Program-made: the position numbers and the translations under genes | Shown: in pieces, positions 25,201-38,304 of the stretch | Position numbering within the stretch: position 1 is the first letter of the stretch | Layout: each line of letters opens with the position of its first letter | NCBI GenBank assembly: GCA_965644265.1 | Contig: OZ286461.1 | Span: forward strand, 62,186,001 to 62,250,000 | Direction: 5' to 3' | DNA from: Glycera tridactyla | Lineage: Eukaryota | Length of the DNA stretch: 64,000 nucleotides | Notes under the pieces: model-generated | What the model was told of the DNA's origin: nothing | Database searches by the model: none | The model's input: only the letters and a program-made list of their open reading frames with translations

Positions 25201-28200
25201 CCCTGGTGTACAGCAAACTACAGTGGAAGAGGTAACCACAAAAAGCAGTGTAATACTCGTCCATGCAGATTGTCGTTACTTCGTGTTGTTACATTCAGTG
25301 TTTTCATTCTGCTTCCACCTACTCGCTATAGCATACTTCCACGTCACATCATCTCTTCTCGCAGATGGTGTCCAGTATTTCACACTTTTCCCTTTTTTCT
25401 TTCTATCTGTACACATTTACATTATCGGTTCCAGTCATGAAAAGGCTTCGGTTTTTCATAGGGAGTAATTTATGCTTTGGTTATTTCTAGGGAGTAAATT
25501 TTTGATTTCTGATAATTTGTTTGGCCCATCATGAACAGTTTATTTGCTAATGTATGACTGATAGCTGTCTGTTTCAGGTACATCCATGCCAATAAGAATT
25601 TTGCCAAATGATTTTGAATCTTGATTGCTATGTCTCATAGCTGGCAAAATAGCGTGCATTTTGTTGGATCCAGTTTGGAGGCAGATTTGACTGCACCTGT
25701 GCCAACAATATTTGATCAGTTTCTCAGACTGTATCAAATTATGCACTGAAATTGGATGAAAACATTGATTTCCTTTGGATTCATTGTCATTTGGCTGAAC
25801 AGGTGTGGTGTGCCGCTACTTGTATGTTATGTTGGATGTATGTGATGAACAACATGTCCTAACAATTGCATCATTAAGTTTGACTTTTTGATTTATTTCC
25901 TCATTCTACAGAAGGTATAGTATTAAATGGTGTTCTTTTCAACATACTCAGTGTGGGATTAAGATAGTTATGGGGCTAGTTTAATTTTTCGGCCAGCTAT
26001 CTGTAGATAACGGTCACAAGAGATGTACCTATCTGAGTAGAAACTGTCTTTTTACCTTGTATCACACCATCTGGGATGGATTTGACCAAATTATTGTGTA
26101 TTTAAGATGCTGCATTCCCTCAAAAAACTGTGCTGGATTGTGACTGCTCAACTGTTCTAAATTTGGAATCTGAAGAATTACCAGATTTTCATCATTAAAT
26201 GCATCAAATCATAGTTGCATGAAATGGTTATCATTCCATGATATTCAGTTCCTTGGAAGGCATATAGAACCATCAGTCTTCACTGACTGATTTCAGTCGT
26301 TCAAAATGCTGCAGTCCCTGAAAGTAGGTTCTACTCAGAAAGGCATTAGATGTAACAGCTATACGAATAATCACTCATGGTCTCAGGGTGAACGACTTCA
26401 ATATTCGCTTATCATTCTATTAATGGCCATAATGACAATGTTATAAAAAAGCCATCTTATTGGTGGACAGCTAGCCAATCAGGCTAGCCAATCAGTCAAG
26501 TCACTCTCTCCCACCAGGTGGTGGTGTTCAATGTGGAATGTGACATCTGGTGTCAATTTAGTGAAACACCCTGTAAATTCCTGCTTGGCATGGAAGAGTC
26601 GTTTTGGGGCGTACTGAAGTCGAGCCTTGAGATCAGGGATCTCTGATGGGAAATAACCAACACCCTCTGATTTTGATTTCATTCTCACCTGAACTGTCTG
26701 ATTTCTGTACAGTGATTTTTGAGGCACATGTGTTGTATGTTATGAAGAAAAAAATCAGTGACTTCTTGATGGTCAACCACTGGTCAATACATACTAATGA
26801 GGCATGAAAAAAACATAGCACAGTTATCAAGAGATAATCTGACAAGTTTATGATGATTTTTTATGATAATCAGGTGATCAATACAGAAATCGTAATTGCA
26901 TTATGAATCATATGCATACTCCTTTTTTGATTTGTCGAAAATTTGTTATTTTCCATTGCACTCATGCAAGCAGATTGATTTAGATCCAGCTAATTGAAAT
27001 GATGCTTCTGGCTTTTTTATTGTCAAGAGTCAAAATTGATATTAACCAGTGGTTTGATCCTGATTCTACACTTCTATGATTTGCACCCAATCTGATCTGT
27101 TGGGGGCCGGTGAATCTGGTTTCTGTTGTATTTGTCTGGTGTCTCTTCTCTGTAAATGCTTCAACCTCCTACTATATATATATAAATGTGTGCAAGTACT
27201 GTACATGTCTTGTTGATTTATATGTAATCGGTACTATGTGTATGATGGTGTTGGTGTAATACAGTCAGAGTGTGGGTCTATATTAGCGATCTGTGCTTGT
27301 GTTTGGGCCAGTTGTCAGCCCAATGTTATGGCAGTAGTCCGTATGATTTTGCTGTCAGATGCATCCAATTTTATGTTCAGCATTCTGGATTTTATTTTCA
27401 ATTCAGTTTGGTCACTTCAGCCCTACATACTTGTGACTTCAAAGCTGTTGCCACTATTCCAGTAAGCCTGGCTCTGGTTCTGGTAGCATATGAAAATTTA
27501 TGTGAAGATTCATGTATGAATCTGTCCTCAGACATTTCTAGACGCCACAGGTGACGAAAGTTCTGTTGCATTGAAAAATTTCCAAGCTTTTTTTTTTGCA
27601 AAACTTTCAGAAAGCCATTCAGGTTTCTCCATCAGCTCAGTCAGTACTGTGCAGATGCTCTATTGTGTGACCCCTAAGTGAAAAGAGGATTACATGACCA
27701 CAGAACAGTTTCCTGTTCAAGTTTGCTGTCCGAAGTCTCACCAATTTTCTGTGGTAGATCATAGAGCCTAAAAGCTGATCAGCCATGATCAAAATCAATG
27801 GAATCACAGGTCATGATGATGGGTAGATGTGTACTGAATGGGCTAAACCACATCACTTGTGTGCTATATTTGGTTGATGCTCTTAGATAATGTTCCCATC
27901 ATTGTACCATACTAAGAGTGTCAGTACTTTTTGAGTACATACTTATATCACGGCCATGATCTCACTATTCGTTGCCCATATGTGGCCACATGATGGTCAA
28001 TTGATGCGGAAGCAACCTCAGACTGGAGTAGAGAATCCAACATTTTTTATACATTTCATTTATGAGCAAGTTAGGTGCATCGTACATGATGTATTTCCCC
28101 CTATAGTATACAGTTGAATCCTGCTACCGTCATTTTAGGTTGGAACCAAATGTAGCAGTTTTGCTTCTTTTTTATTTTCCTTCAGTTGCCCAGGTTGATA

Positions 28201-31200
28201 GTCCCCTGTGTTCTCCCCATAATCATCTTCATTTTCAGCATTTTATAGTATTACTTGCTGAAAAAAACTGTTTCAGTATTTTCAGATTGAATGTAAGATG
28301 AATGCAATCAGTTGGTGGAAATGTATTGAGTTTGATATCACTGGTTAGGTCAAAGGTCAGAAGCCATATCAGCATTATGATGTGCGCTATTTCATAAGTG
28401 GGGGAGGGGGGAGGGGGAGGGAGGGGATGAGTTCCTCTCAATTCTGAATTATTCTGCTTTTTCTATCTCAAAGATCAGAGAATGAGAGATGAAAACCGAA
28501 GCTTTAATACATTCCAATGCGGATGCTGTTTTCTTGGTAACTGGCTTCCAATTTTGAAATTGCTTTCATTTCTCCCTTCTCTCTAGATTTTCAAGTGGAG
28601 TAGGCCAGATATCATAGGGAAGAGAGTGCCACCCAGCCTTGGCTCTTGGCTTGTATAAAATATCAGTGGTCAATGACAGTGCGCTCACCAATCCAAGGAT
28701 GAAGCAATGTTTACTCAGCTTATCAATTTTTGGAGGGAGAAAACGGTCTGTTTTAGGGTTGATTCAAATGTAGTAAACTCCGACCAATTTAATTGGTGCA
28801 AGTAAGAGAAAGCAGGCAGCTGCATGAGTTTGGTTTTGAGACTAGTGCTAAGAGAGTGACTGTGAAGTTTATACATGATGAATGCTTCATCCACTATAAG
28901 ACTCGATAGGGGACAAGAGAAATGATAATCAAGGAACGTTGGGTAATATGCTTTAAGCAAATCAGTGATGAAATGAGTTGCTCCTTGACAAGATGTTCGG
29001 GGATTCGGGACTAGTGTGAGATTGATTCATCGGGTGTCGGAACTAACACACTAAATGCTATTCTAACCTCGTCCAGGCTCTTTAAGTTAGAGTGTGAAAT
29101 GACAAATCTTCAGGTGCTACTGCTCGGGATTTGCTTCATCAAGGCTATGCTGTAAATCATCACCAAACAAACTTGAATTCTTTTTTGGGGTTGAATATTG
29201 TTGGAATCACTGGTTTCTCTATGAGGAGAAAATTTATTTGGGTAAAAGACATGCTCAGAATCAGTCTTGCATCCAATGTTATGCCATGGCATCCACTCAC
29301 TCAAATGTGATTGAATATCCAGCATTATAACATAGCATTTCTTTGTTTAGATCATACACTGTTTCATATTCAAATTTGCAGCATTGGATATCATGTTATG
29401 AACACTTCCATTGTGCTCACTTCTATTGACACCCTTAATTTCTGGTGTTGTTCCACCGGTGGCATATCATCGAGTCAACGCATTAGCATTTTAGATAATC
29501 ACGTGTATCTGATGCAATTTAACTATGAAGTGATGAATCAAAGTTTCGTTGCACTAACCTGAAATTTGGTGATTTCAGTTTTGAGTAAAAAGTGTCAGTG
29601 ATAAGTGTCTCAGGCATTGTTTGCATGGAATCACTTGTGGAATTCCCACTGAGAAGAATGTCATTCTTCTGCAGAGTGGAACTATGAGCAAAAGAAAAAA
29701 GATCATTATTGATGACACTGCTTAGATAGTGGCTTATTGTGTGAGAATCACTAAGCATAGATATTTTGTGTTTGGCTTCACTAGACATGACATTTGTATG
29801 TGATGAATAGTGAATGGTTGTACATGAAGCTGACTCAAAGTTGGTGTTTGTTTGTAGTTTCCTGGTGAGTTTCATGGTTGACGCCCGTGGCGGTGCCATG
29901 CGTGGCTGTCGTCACTCGGGCGTTCGTATCATCGTACCGCCGGGTAAGGCGTGCATGCCCACCCGAGTCACCTGTAAGCTTGTCAAGAAAGATAAGCTTA
30001 TGCATCCTCCACCTCTGTGTGAAGGAGAAGCACTCGCCAGTCGCATCCTCGAGATGGGTCCAGTTGGTGCCAAATTCCTCGGGTAAGTTGCCAGTACTCA
30101 CAGTATTTTCAAATGACAGTTCAGAAGCTTTTTTGGAATCCAATTCCTTTCATCAGCTTGTGGCATATGCAATTTTGTAGTGATTTCACGTAACCTTGTT
30201 AATGTGGGATCACGTCATTGTTGTGTGATCTCCCTGTAGATTAGCGAGAGGAAGCACGGGCCCTTATTCCTGTTTCTTGATCACTTGAAATTTTTATTGA
30301 AGAAATATGTCAAGATATCTTTGGATCACAGGTGGTCCATCAACTCGTTCTGATACAGTTCCCCAAATATGTCATGAGTGTTGGAATCTCCGGAATTAGT
30401 AATTTCATGAAGTCTACTTATCCCCATTCCCTGGAAAGAACATATTCTTATGTGGTGTTCACAATGTTGCCAATTTCTTGGGAATTCCCTGCATTTAGGT
30501 GCCAGTTTAGGCTTTCAAATTTGAATGGAAGCTCACATCCTGAATTTAACACAGTACTATTATGAGGGTTTTCAAAATATGCACATCACTGTTCAAGTTA
30601 TTGCCACATGCACGTTGTGCATTTAGAATTCTTCTGTGAGCTTCTTTGGAAATTCTGAAAATAGCAATGGTTTGTGTCCATCTAGAATGGTGCATCCTCA
30701 TCATGAAAAGAATTTCTGAACTTGATTGAAAACCAAAGATGTATTATCATTGCAGCCCCGTCATTATTGAAGTTCCACACTTCGCATCTCTCCGAGGCAA
30801 AGAGCGAGAGATCGTCATTCTGCGCTCAGATAACGGGGAGACGTGGCGCGAACATACATTGGAGGCGACGGAGGAGGCAATCCACGAGGCTCTGAACGGG
30901 AGTTTCGAAGGTGAAGGTGATTAGCCAATGGGAGATGAAAGTGAAGGTGGTGGCAGCAGCAGCATCATTTGCCGAGGCTTGGCACACAGCGCTACATTCT
31001 CCTTGTTTTATGTCTTTCGTTCTCTCACCAGGTCCTCGAGTTCCCACTCTTAATTCTCAAAACAGATCCATCATAATATGATGCACAATCAAACTGGCAA
31101 CAAGAAACTCCACCTGATGTCCAAGATGATGGTCTCTCAAAAAGGTGGTCTCTTGCCAAAGGTATTTTTCACTATTTCAAATGGAAAAGCTGTCAAGTGA

Positions 31201-34200
31201 TCCTCCATCAACTGGTGGACTCTCATTGAGGCACTCTTGTCACATTCTGCACTTCACTTCCGGTGAATGTACAAAAACGTGAAACCTGCGACGAGAGACC
31301 ATCCTATATGTCACCAAAAAGTGGTCCCTCAAAAGAGGTTGTCTCTGATCAGGGGTATATTTGAATATGTCAAGGGGAAAAGTTGCCCTGAAAAAGCGGG
31401 CTCCTGTTGAAAATTGTCTTGTTGGGGTCTCTGGTCGCAGGTGTCACTGTATATTGCACAGGATGTTTCAATAACACCCATGAAATTTGAATTTTTCTTA
31501 TGATCAAATGAATGAGCTCAAATTGATCATTATTTGTATATGGTACAGAGAAGGAATGGGGATGGATATTCATGTATATGTGCATCGCACATGCTGGTAC
31601 AATGAGTGTATTGTGGGAACTGGGAGACGTATTATTGATTGAGTTGATGGTTATACATAGGTTGCTTATCAGTCTGCAATGTTTCTACTTTTGAATCGGG
31701 AGGACAGATCAGTTCAGGAATCATGTTGGCACTGGGCATTAAAATGATGGTAAAATCAGAAAATCCCAGTTTTCCAAATATGGAATCAGCCACTGACAGT
31801 ATGATATAACTTGTGCACAACTTTGGAGTGCATAACCATGGTTTGTTCAAATTGAGAGGGGGGAGGGGCACTTTGTTAAAAAGGAGTCGTCCTTTTCTTC
31901 ATGATGACATCAGAAATTTTGTGAAAGAATTTTGTGGTGAAATAGCTTTAGATAAGTTCATAAAAAGATCTGTTTATATCATATATCTCAAACCATGGGA
32001 AATGGTTTTATTCTTGTTTTCCTTCCCTTCACTATTGAGATCTGCATGGTTTGATGAAGTTTGACGGATCATATTCTGTGGATTTTGCTGGGGTCTTATA
32101 TATAGCGATGGGTATTAAGAGGAGTAGATTGTTTCTGATGGGGCATCCTGAATTTGATGTACATTTCTTGCCTGATGTGGTGGCGGAGATGTTCATGCTC
32201 CTATCGAATTCTGGCATATTTTAGTGATTCAAATGACTTGTATATCTCTTTGAATCTCACCTATTGGGTGACGGGTGGCCTATATTACAAACACACCTCC
32301 TAGATTCTCATTTGATGAGATGGCCTGAAACACAAATCAATCTTTTGGTAATGGCCAACTGCTGTATGAAATCCCCCAAAACATGAAGTTCAGGATTATT
32401 CGTATTAAAAATAGAAAAATTAAATCCAGACATGCTCATGAACAAGCTAGTCTGATTGAATAGCTGGTCTCTCATCATGAATTCATGTGAATGAATCAAA
32501 TGAAAATTGCTCGAAAAAAATTACCTGGTCTCTATTGTATCAGCCAAACTAAGTCCATTTCCAATGAGAAACAGTGATATTCTGTGGAATGGGAAATTTT
32601 CAATGGGTAATTTTTTGGTTTTGAAAGTTTTGCAATCCACATGGAGCAATCACTTTTGTGGAAGAAAAAAAGTAGGGACTCTTACGTTAATTTTCGGAAT
32701 GTGTTTGGAACAATCACTTATCAGAATGATGTACCTCTTTATATGAGTTTGAATTGTTGGCACGTTTCAATAATTGCTTTGTCAGTGTTTCTCTTCATTT
32801 CAAATTCAATCTTTCTCCCTTTTCATGGTTGGTCAAGTGGTGGAACTCAGCCAAAATGTTAATTTTGTTGTGTCCAAGTGGATCATTTCGTAAATGAATT
32901 CAGTACCATTCACACCAAAATAGTCTGACCATGAAAAGTTGATACATGGAAATTTTCCTCCCCTTTTCCCTTCCCCAGCCCAATTTCAATGATTTGTTTG
33001 CTTCCTGAGACTGCTAGGATAGGGTAAGGAAATAGATACATGGATCATGCAGAGCCAAAGAATCATATAATATCATCAGTAAATATATAGTCATCGGTCA
33101 CAACATTTTGATCTGGAAATACTGGCAGTTGGTTCTGCATGATGGTGTGTTCATTTTCACAAGGAAGAAAAGCTGCATTTCCCATTGAGTCTAATCAGTG
33201 ATGTTCATTTTCTAATTCCACCCATTTCACTTTGGTCATATTCCGTTTAACTGAAAATCAACTTTCATTGATGTGGTGTAAATTCACTCGAGCATGCATC
33301 ACTTGAAATATTCGCCAGTGAGTTTATGCTGTGATTGGGATTTGTTCATCTTGTCTGTCAGCATCATCAAAGTTGCACAACTTCTGCGGAGTGTGAATGG
33401 ATGCCTCTAAACAATTCTAAATATATCTCAGAAATTTATCAAATTCTCAAACATCAGATCATAGCATTTAGTGGAGAATATGGACTAGATTATCAAGTCT
33501 GTGGTCACATATGTATGACACAAGAATATCAGATCATCCCTGTGGAGTGAAAATCCTCTGAAGGGATGTGGATTTGATGCTCAGAGAATGGATTGTATTC
33601 ACCATCTTGGCTACACTGGTCAGGATACAGCATCAGGTCAGTAATAGGGAATAGTACTGGCAGCTCACTGGACATTTCTCAAGTAGACATCATTAGTAGC
33701 TGATGTTGAATGTTCACAGTGTAGAAATCCCAGGGATTGAAATACCAGCATGAGTGGTGGAATGAAACAGGCATGGTTTCCAAATGCGTGCATGTGTGTA
33801 TTCAGTGATTCCTATGGTCTAAAAATATTCAGAAATTCTGAAAATTGGATTAAGAAGTGAAATTAAGAAGTTGCTGAAATATGGCTGGAAGTTCCAAAGC
33901 AGATACTTCTGAGAGTATACAGCAGTATTTTCAGAAAATTCAACCATTTTGCTTCAGATCGATGGCATCACTGTATATTGATAATGAAAGAGGAGGAAAA
34001 CACTGATCAAAACAATCCCATCACTAATTACATTTGTTAATCATGAAGGTAAGTTTAAGATAATGTCGTTAGGACCTGTATATTCAGCTGATCGTTTGAA
34101 AATGACATGATGCCTATCAGGTGGGTCGCTGTTGTGAAATGTCTCATTTCTGACACTTGCTCCCCTATCTTTCTTTCCTCCAGAACTGGAGAGTGCTGAA

Positions 34201-37200
34201 GAGTTGTACAGTAAGCGCATCACCCGCATCTTGACAGCTGATTTCCCACAATACTTTGCGGTCGTAACACGCATCAGACAAGAGTCAAAGAGCATCGGGC
34301 CAGAGTCGGGCATGCTGAGCTCGACTGTGGTCCCACAGGTACAGGCTGTCTTCCCAGAGGGTTCACTGACGAAGAAGATCAAGGTTGGACTTCAGGTATG
34401 TTGATCCCTATTATTTCACTTAATACCTGATTTGCATTTCCTATGTTCATTATTTGACAGATCCCTTGAAAACTTCTCTTGATATCCCATGTGCACATCA
34501 AGGCTCTTTGTGTGTATTGATGAACATTAAAATTTGTCACCATATGACAAGTGTACACATGAATAGGTGCTATGCACTTACAGGAAATAGATCTCAAATT
34601 GTGAATGGTTCATCCATACTAATTGACACTGTAGTTGTGTTGACCCAGCACCTAACAAGATAGCAAAATTGTGTTTCTTTCCATGCAACATTGTCATTTA
34701 AATTTTTATCAGGCTCAGCCCATTCCACCAGAAGTCGTCTCAAAGATGCTTGGTAATCGGGTCGCCGTCAGTCCAATCGTCACAGTCGAGCCACGCCGCC
34801 GCAAGTTCCACAAGCCCATCACTCTGACGATACCTCTTCCTAAGGCGTCTGGGAAGGGCATGATGAACCAGTACTCGGGCAGCGAGGCTCCAACACTGCG
34901 ACTCCTGTGCAGTATCACTGGTAAGCGTAAGTTGTCAGTTTCGCGTGCTTACTCCTTTCTGCCAGGGACTAAGGAGAAGCTTAGTGCCGCCCTGCAGATC
35001 AGTGAGCATGCATCCCAGTGCCCGATTTCAAGGGCGTTGCTGTACCACACACATGAACCTCCAGTCACCTTCACCACTACCAATTCTCTATAGGATACTT
35101 TCCTTCTTCTCTATACTCTTCTAATCAAGTTCGGCATATTTTCACAACCTGATCATCCTTCTTTATCTGAAACTCTTCTCTTTTTATTACCGTTTTTCAA
35201 AAAAAGTCACCATCCAAATTCACGTGGAGGTTATGTGAAAGTAGGAGATTTTTTCCAGCTAGATCTGATTTTTCTGTCTTGGATTATGTGTTCATTGAGT
35301 GTGCAATGATACAGTATTTTCTTGATTGCTATCACGTTTGAGTTGGAAAACAGTTTGGTTTGATTCGCCGAGTTTGTTGTTTTGATTACACTTGTATCTT
35401 GATTTGAGCTTCTCCCGCTTCTCAGTGATGAATTTATTAGTAACCTCAAATTGAAACTCCATGCATACATCGATGCAAGCAAAGCAAACGACATGTGGTC
35501 CGTCAGTCTGAGATCTCGGAACCTGAGAATGCCGCTCTACTAATCCGGGCAGCAAACAGTATGAGTGATTTGTGAATGCCGATTGAATTAAACAGCTTCT
35601 CCTCAACATCAATTTCATACACGAGTGCATTTTCAAACTCAACTGGCAGTTAGCAGTGACTGGCACTGCAGTTTGCTGTTCATTTTTTGTATGGATTCCA
35701 CTCAACTACCATTCATTGATAACTGACCACAGTCAAGGTATCCTTCTGAAATTCTGGTTTAAAGTAATACTCAGAAGGTGGTGGCAACGGACCAACCAGT
35801 GCATACTTGCATGGCTCTTTTGATAACCATTTGATTTTTAGATGAGGTGTATTGAATCAGTTCCCAGTGCCAATCTGAAGTAAGCATGGATTCTGATTAC
35901 AGTTCGGCATTAGCACCTCATACCATGATCCAAACACTGGTACAAAATTGGGAATATGTTCTTTTGGCTATTTTTTCTCATCATCAGCTGTAATATATTT
36001 TGCATGGCATCTGGCATAAGCCACATGCAGTATGGAAAATAATGAAATTCTTGATCTCTTGGTGTGAACTTCAAGGTCTTGGAAAGTACTGTGAGGCAAG
36101 AATGAGCCTATCATGAAGCTGGAGTTGAGTTTCTTTTACGATCTGTGCTCATTCGGTGCAAGGCGCTAGAATGCGCGCATTGTCTGAGTAGAGAGGCGAA
36201 GATGTTATGGAGTTATCGCTGTTTAGTTGAAGTGCCTGTAATGATCTGTGGAAGCTGTGGTTTTCGATGTACGTGACGCTGGCATGGGTTATAAGTGTGC
36301 TTGCATGTGTGTGCATCTCAAACTGCAGATTAGGATGAGTTTATCTTGCTACAAGACCACTATAAACCGACTAAACCAAGCCTGCCAAAACCTTATCCCC
36401 CTCCTTAGCCTTTGCAGACCCATACCCATTGGCGAACCCTTTCATGTAATGCCACTTTTGAAAAATCTCACCTAAAATTGAGTTGATTGCTCAAACAGAA
36501 CTATGGATCGGGTTCATATAAGATACCAATGTCTTTTGGATTTTCATTTGCATCATACAGTTAAGAGACTGGCTGATCTTGACTACATTTTGAATGGCAT
36601 TAATGAATTTCAAGCATGAAAGGGTTGAATATACTTTTTTGCCAAAGATCCTACCTAAATCCCACTGTACATTCACACCCTTTATAATCATTTTCTCTGT
36701 ATGACAAGGATGTGGATGATTTGTTATCATTGGAGGTATGAACCACTTGTTCTTCGTGGGATGCACATTACGATTTTGTATTCTGGATGTGGTTCTTGAG
36801 AGACTATAACGATGAGACACAAAACACTCTTGTTGACTGAATGTTGCATTGCTTTTGCGGATGATATACATTCTGGGTATTTTCATTCAGGGGCTAAGTG
36901 ATTGAAATTCTCGTGCAAACTGGATTTCTGCTGTTACGGTTAATGTGGGACGTTGCTTTCTTCCTTCTCTGTGTTTAGACAGTCTGCCATCATTTTACCT
37001 ACCCACTTGTTTGCAGAAGACAGTGTCCTACCAAAAATCTTGCCAATTGAAATTAGTGGCCTCTCAACCTGATCTGGAGCCAAGGTCATAGGTTGTGTTC
37101 AATCCCCACTGCCTATTCTTTGCTGTTGCATTGTTGATCTTCCATAACTTGGCTCATTCATGTGATTTTCACATTGTCAACCCAGACAAATTGAGTTTAA

Positions 37201-38030
37201 TCTTTCGATCTGCATCATTCCCACTCGAGTAATTATCATTTGGCCATTGAACAAGTCCTCTAGTGTCATCGACAGTTCAGTATGATTTTTTCCCTGAGAA
37301 ATTTACCAAAGTGGTTATCCATCAATTTCCCACCCTAATACTGTTTCTGTTGCAACATAGTTTTGTTGAAAACATGATTGAAATTCGCCATGAATTAGGT
37401 GTGCTTGTTCCCGTCTTTCCATAATGAACTTTGGTGGTGGGCAGTAATTTATATTGGTCAGAGGACTACACTAGTTGCTTTGAAACATTCTAGATGGCGC
37501 TTCCTGGCTGGCTTCAGATTGTGTCAGTAGATGGCGCTGTCCAGATGGCTTTTTATGTCTCCCCCCCTGATGGGGGAGACATATAGAATTCGTATTGTCC
37601 GTCTGTCCGTCTGTCCGTCTGTCCGTCCGTCCGTCTGTCCGTCTGTCCGTCTGTCCGTCTGTCCGTCTGTCTGTCACAAAACCTTGTGAGCACGATTGCA
37701 GAAAAACTACTCATCCGAATTGGATGAAATTTGGCGGGCATATCCCTTGGGAGGGTCCAATGAACTGATTAGATTTTGGTCCATGTGACATAATTTTCAA
37801 GATCACCAGAGGCCCAAATTTCACCAAAATTTCACCAAAGAGGTACCAACTTAATTAAATTCAGTCTCTATTGTGACCTTCCCGAAATGAACTACTTCTG
37901 TTGCCTCTCCATTAATGGTTATGTAAGATTCTTCCGGTCATACAATGCTCCTTTGTCATGCTTCAATGACTTCTCGTTGGTTTCATCTTGCCTCTCTCCT
38001 CAAACAAAAGCCCAAACTTAATTAACTTCC

Positions 38031-38118
<88 letters not shown>

Positions 38119-38246
38119 ACACATGTGTGTGCTCCTTGTTGCTACCTGTGAATATCCAATGGCTATTACTAGTATACTTGGCATATTGGTATATAACTTC
38201 TGTTAGCAATTTGACAGTCATACCCCCCCCCCGGTATTGGTTCACT

Positions 38247-38304
<58 letters not shown>

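Noticed and set aside
35426-35543. Protein-like reading [19 protein letters not shown]... after a good acceptor
   Set aside because: Needs a phase-2 upstream donor, but the host intron is phase 1, where the frame stops after 8 codons.
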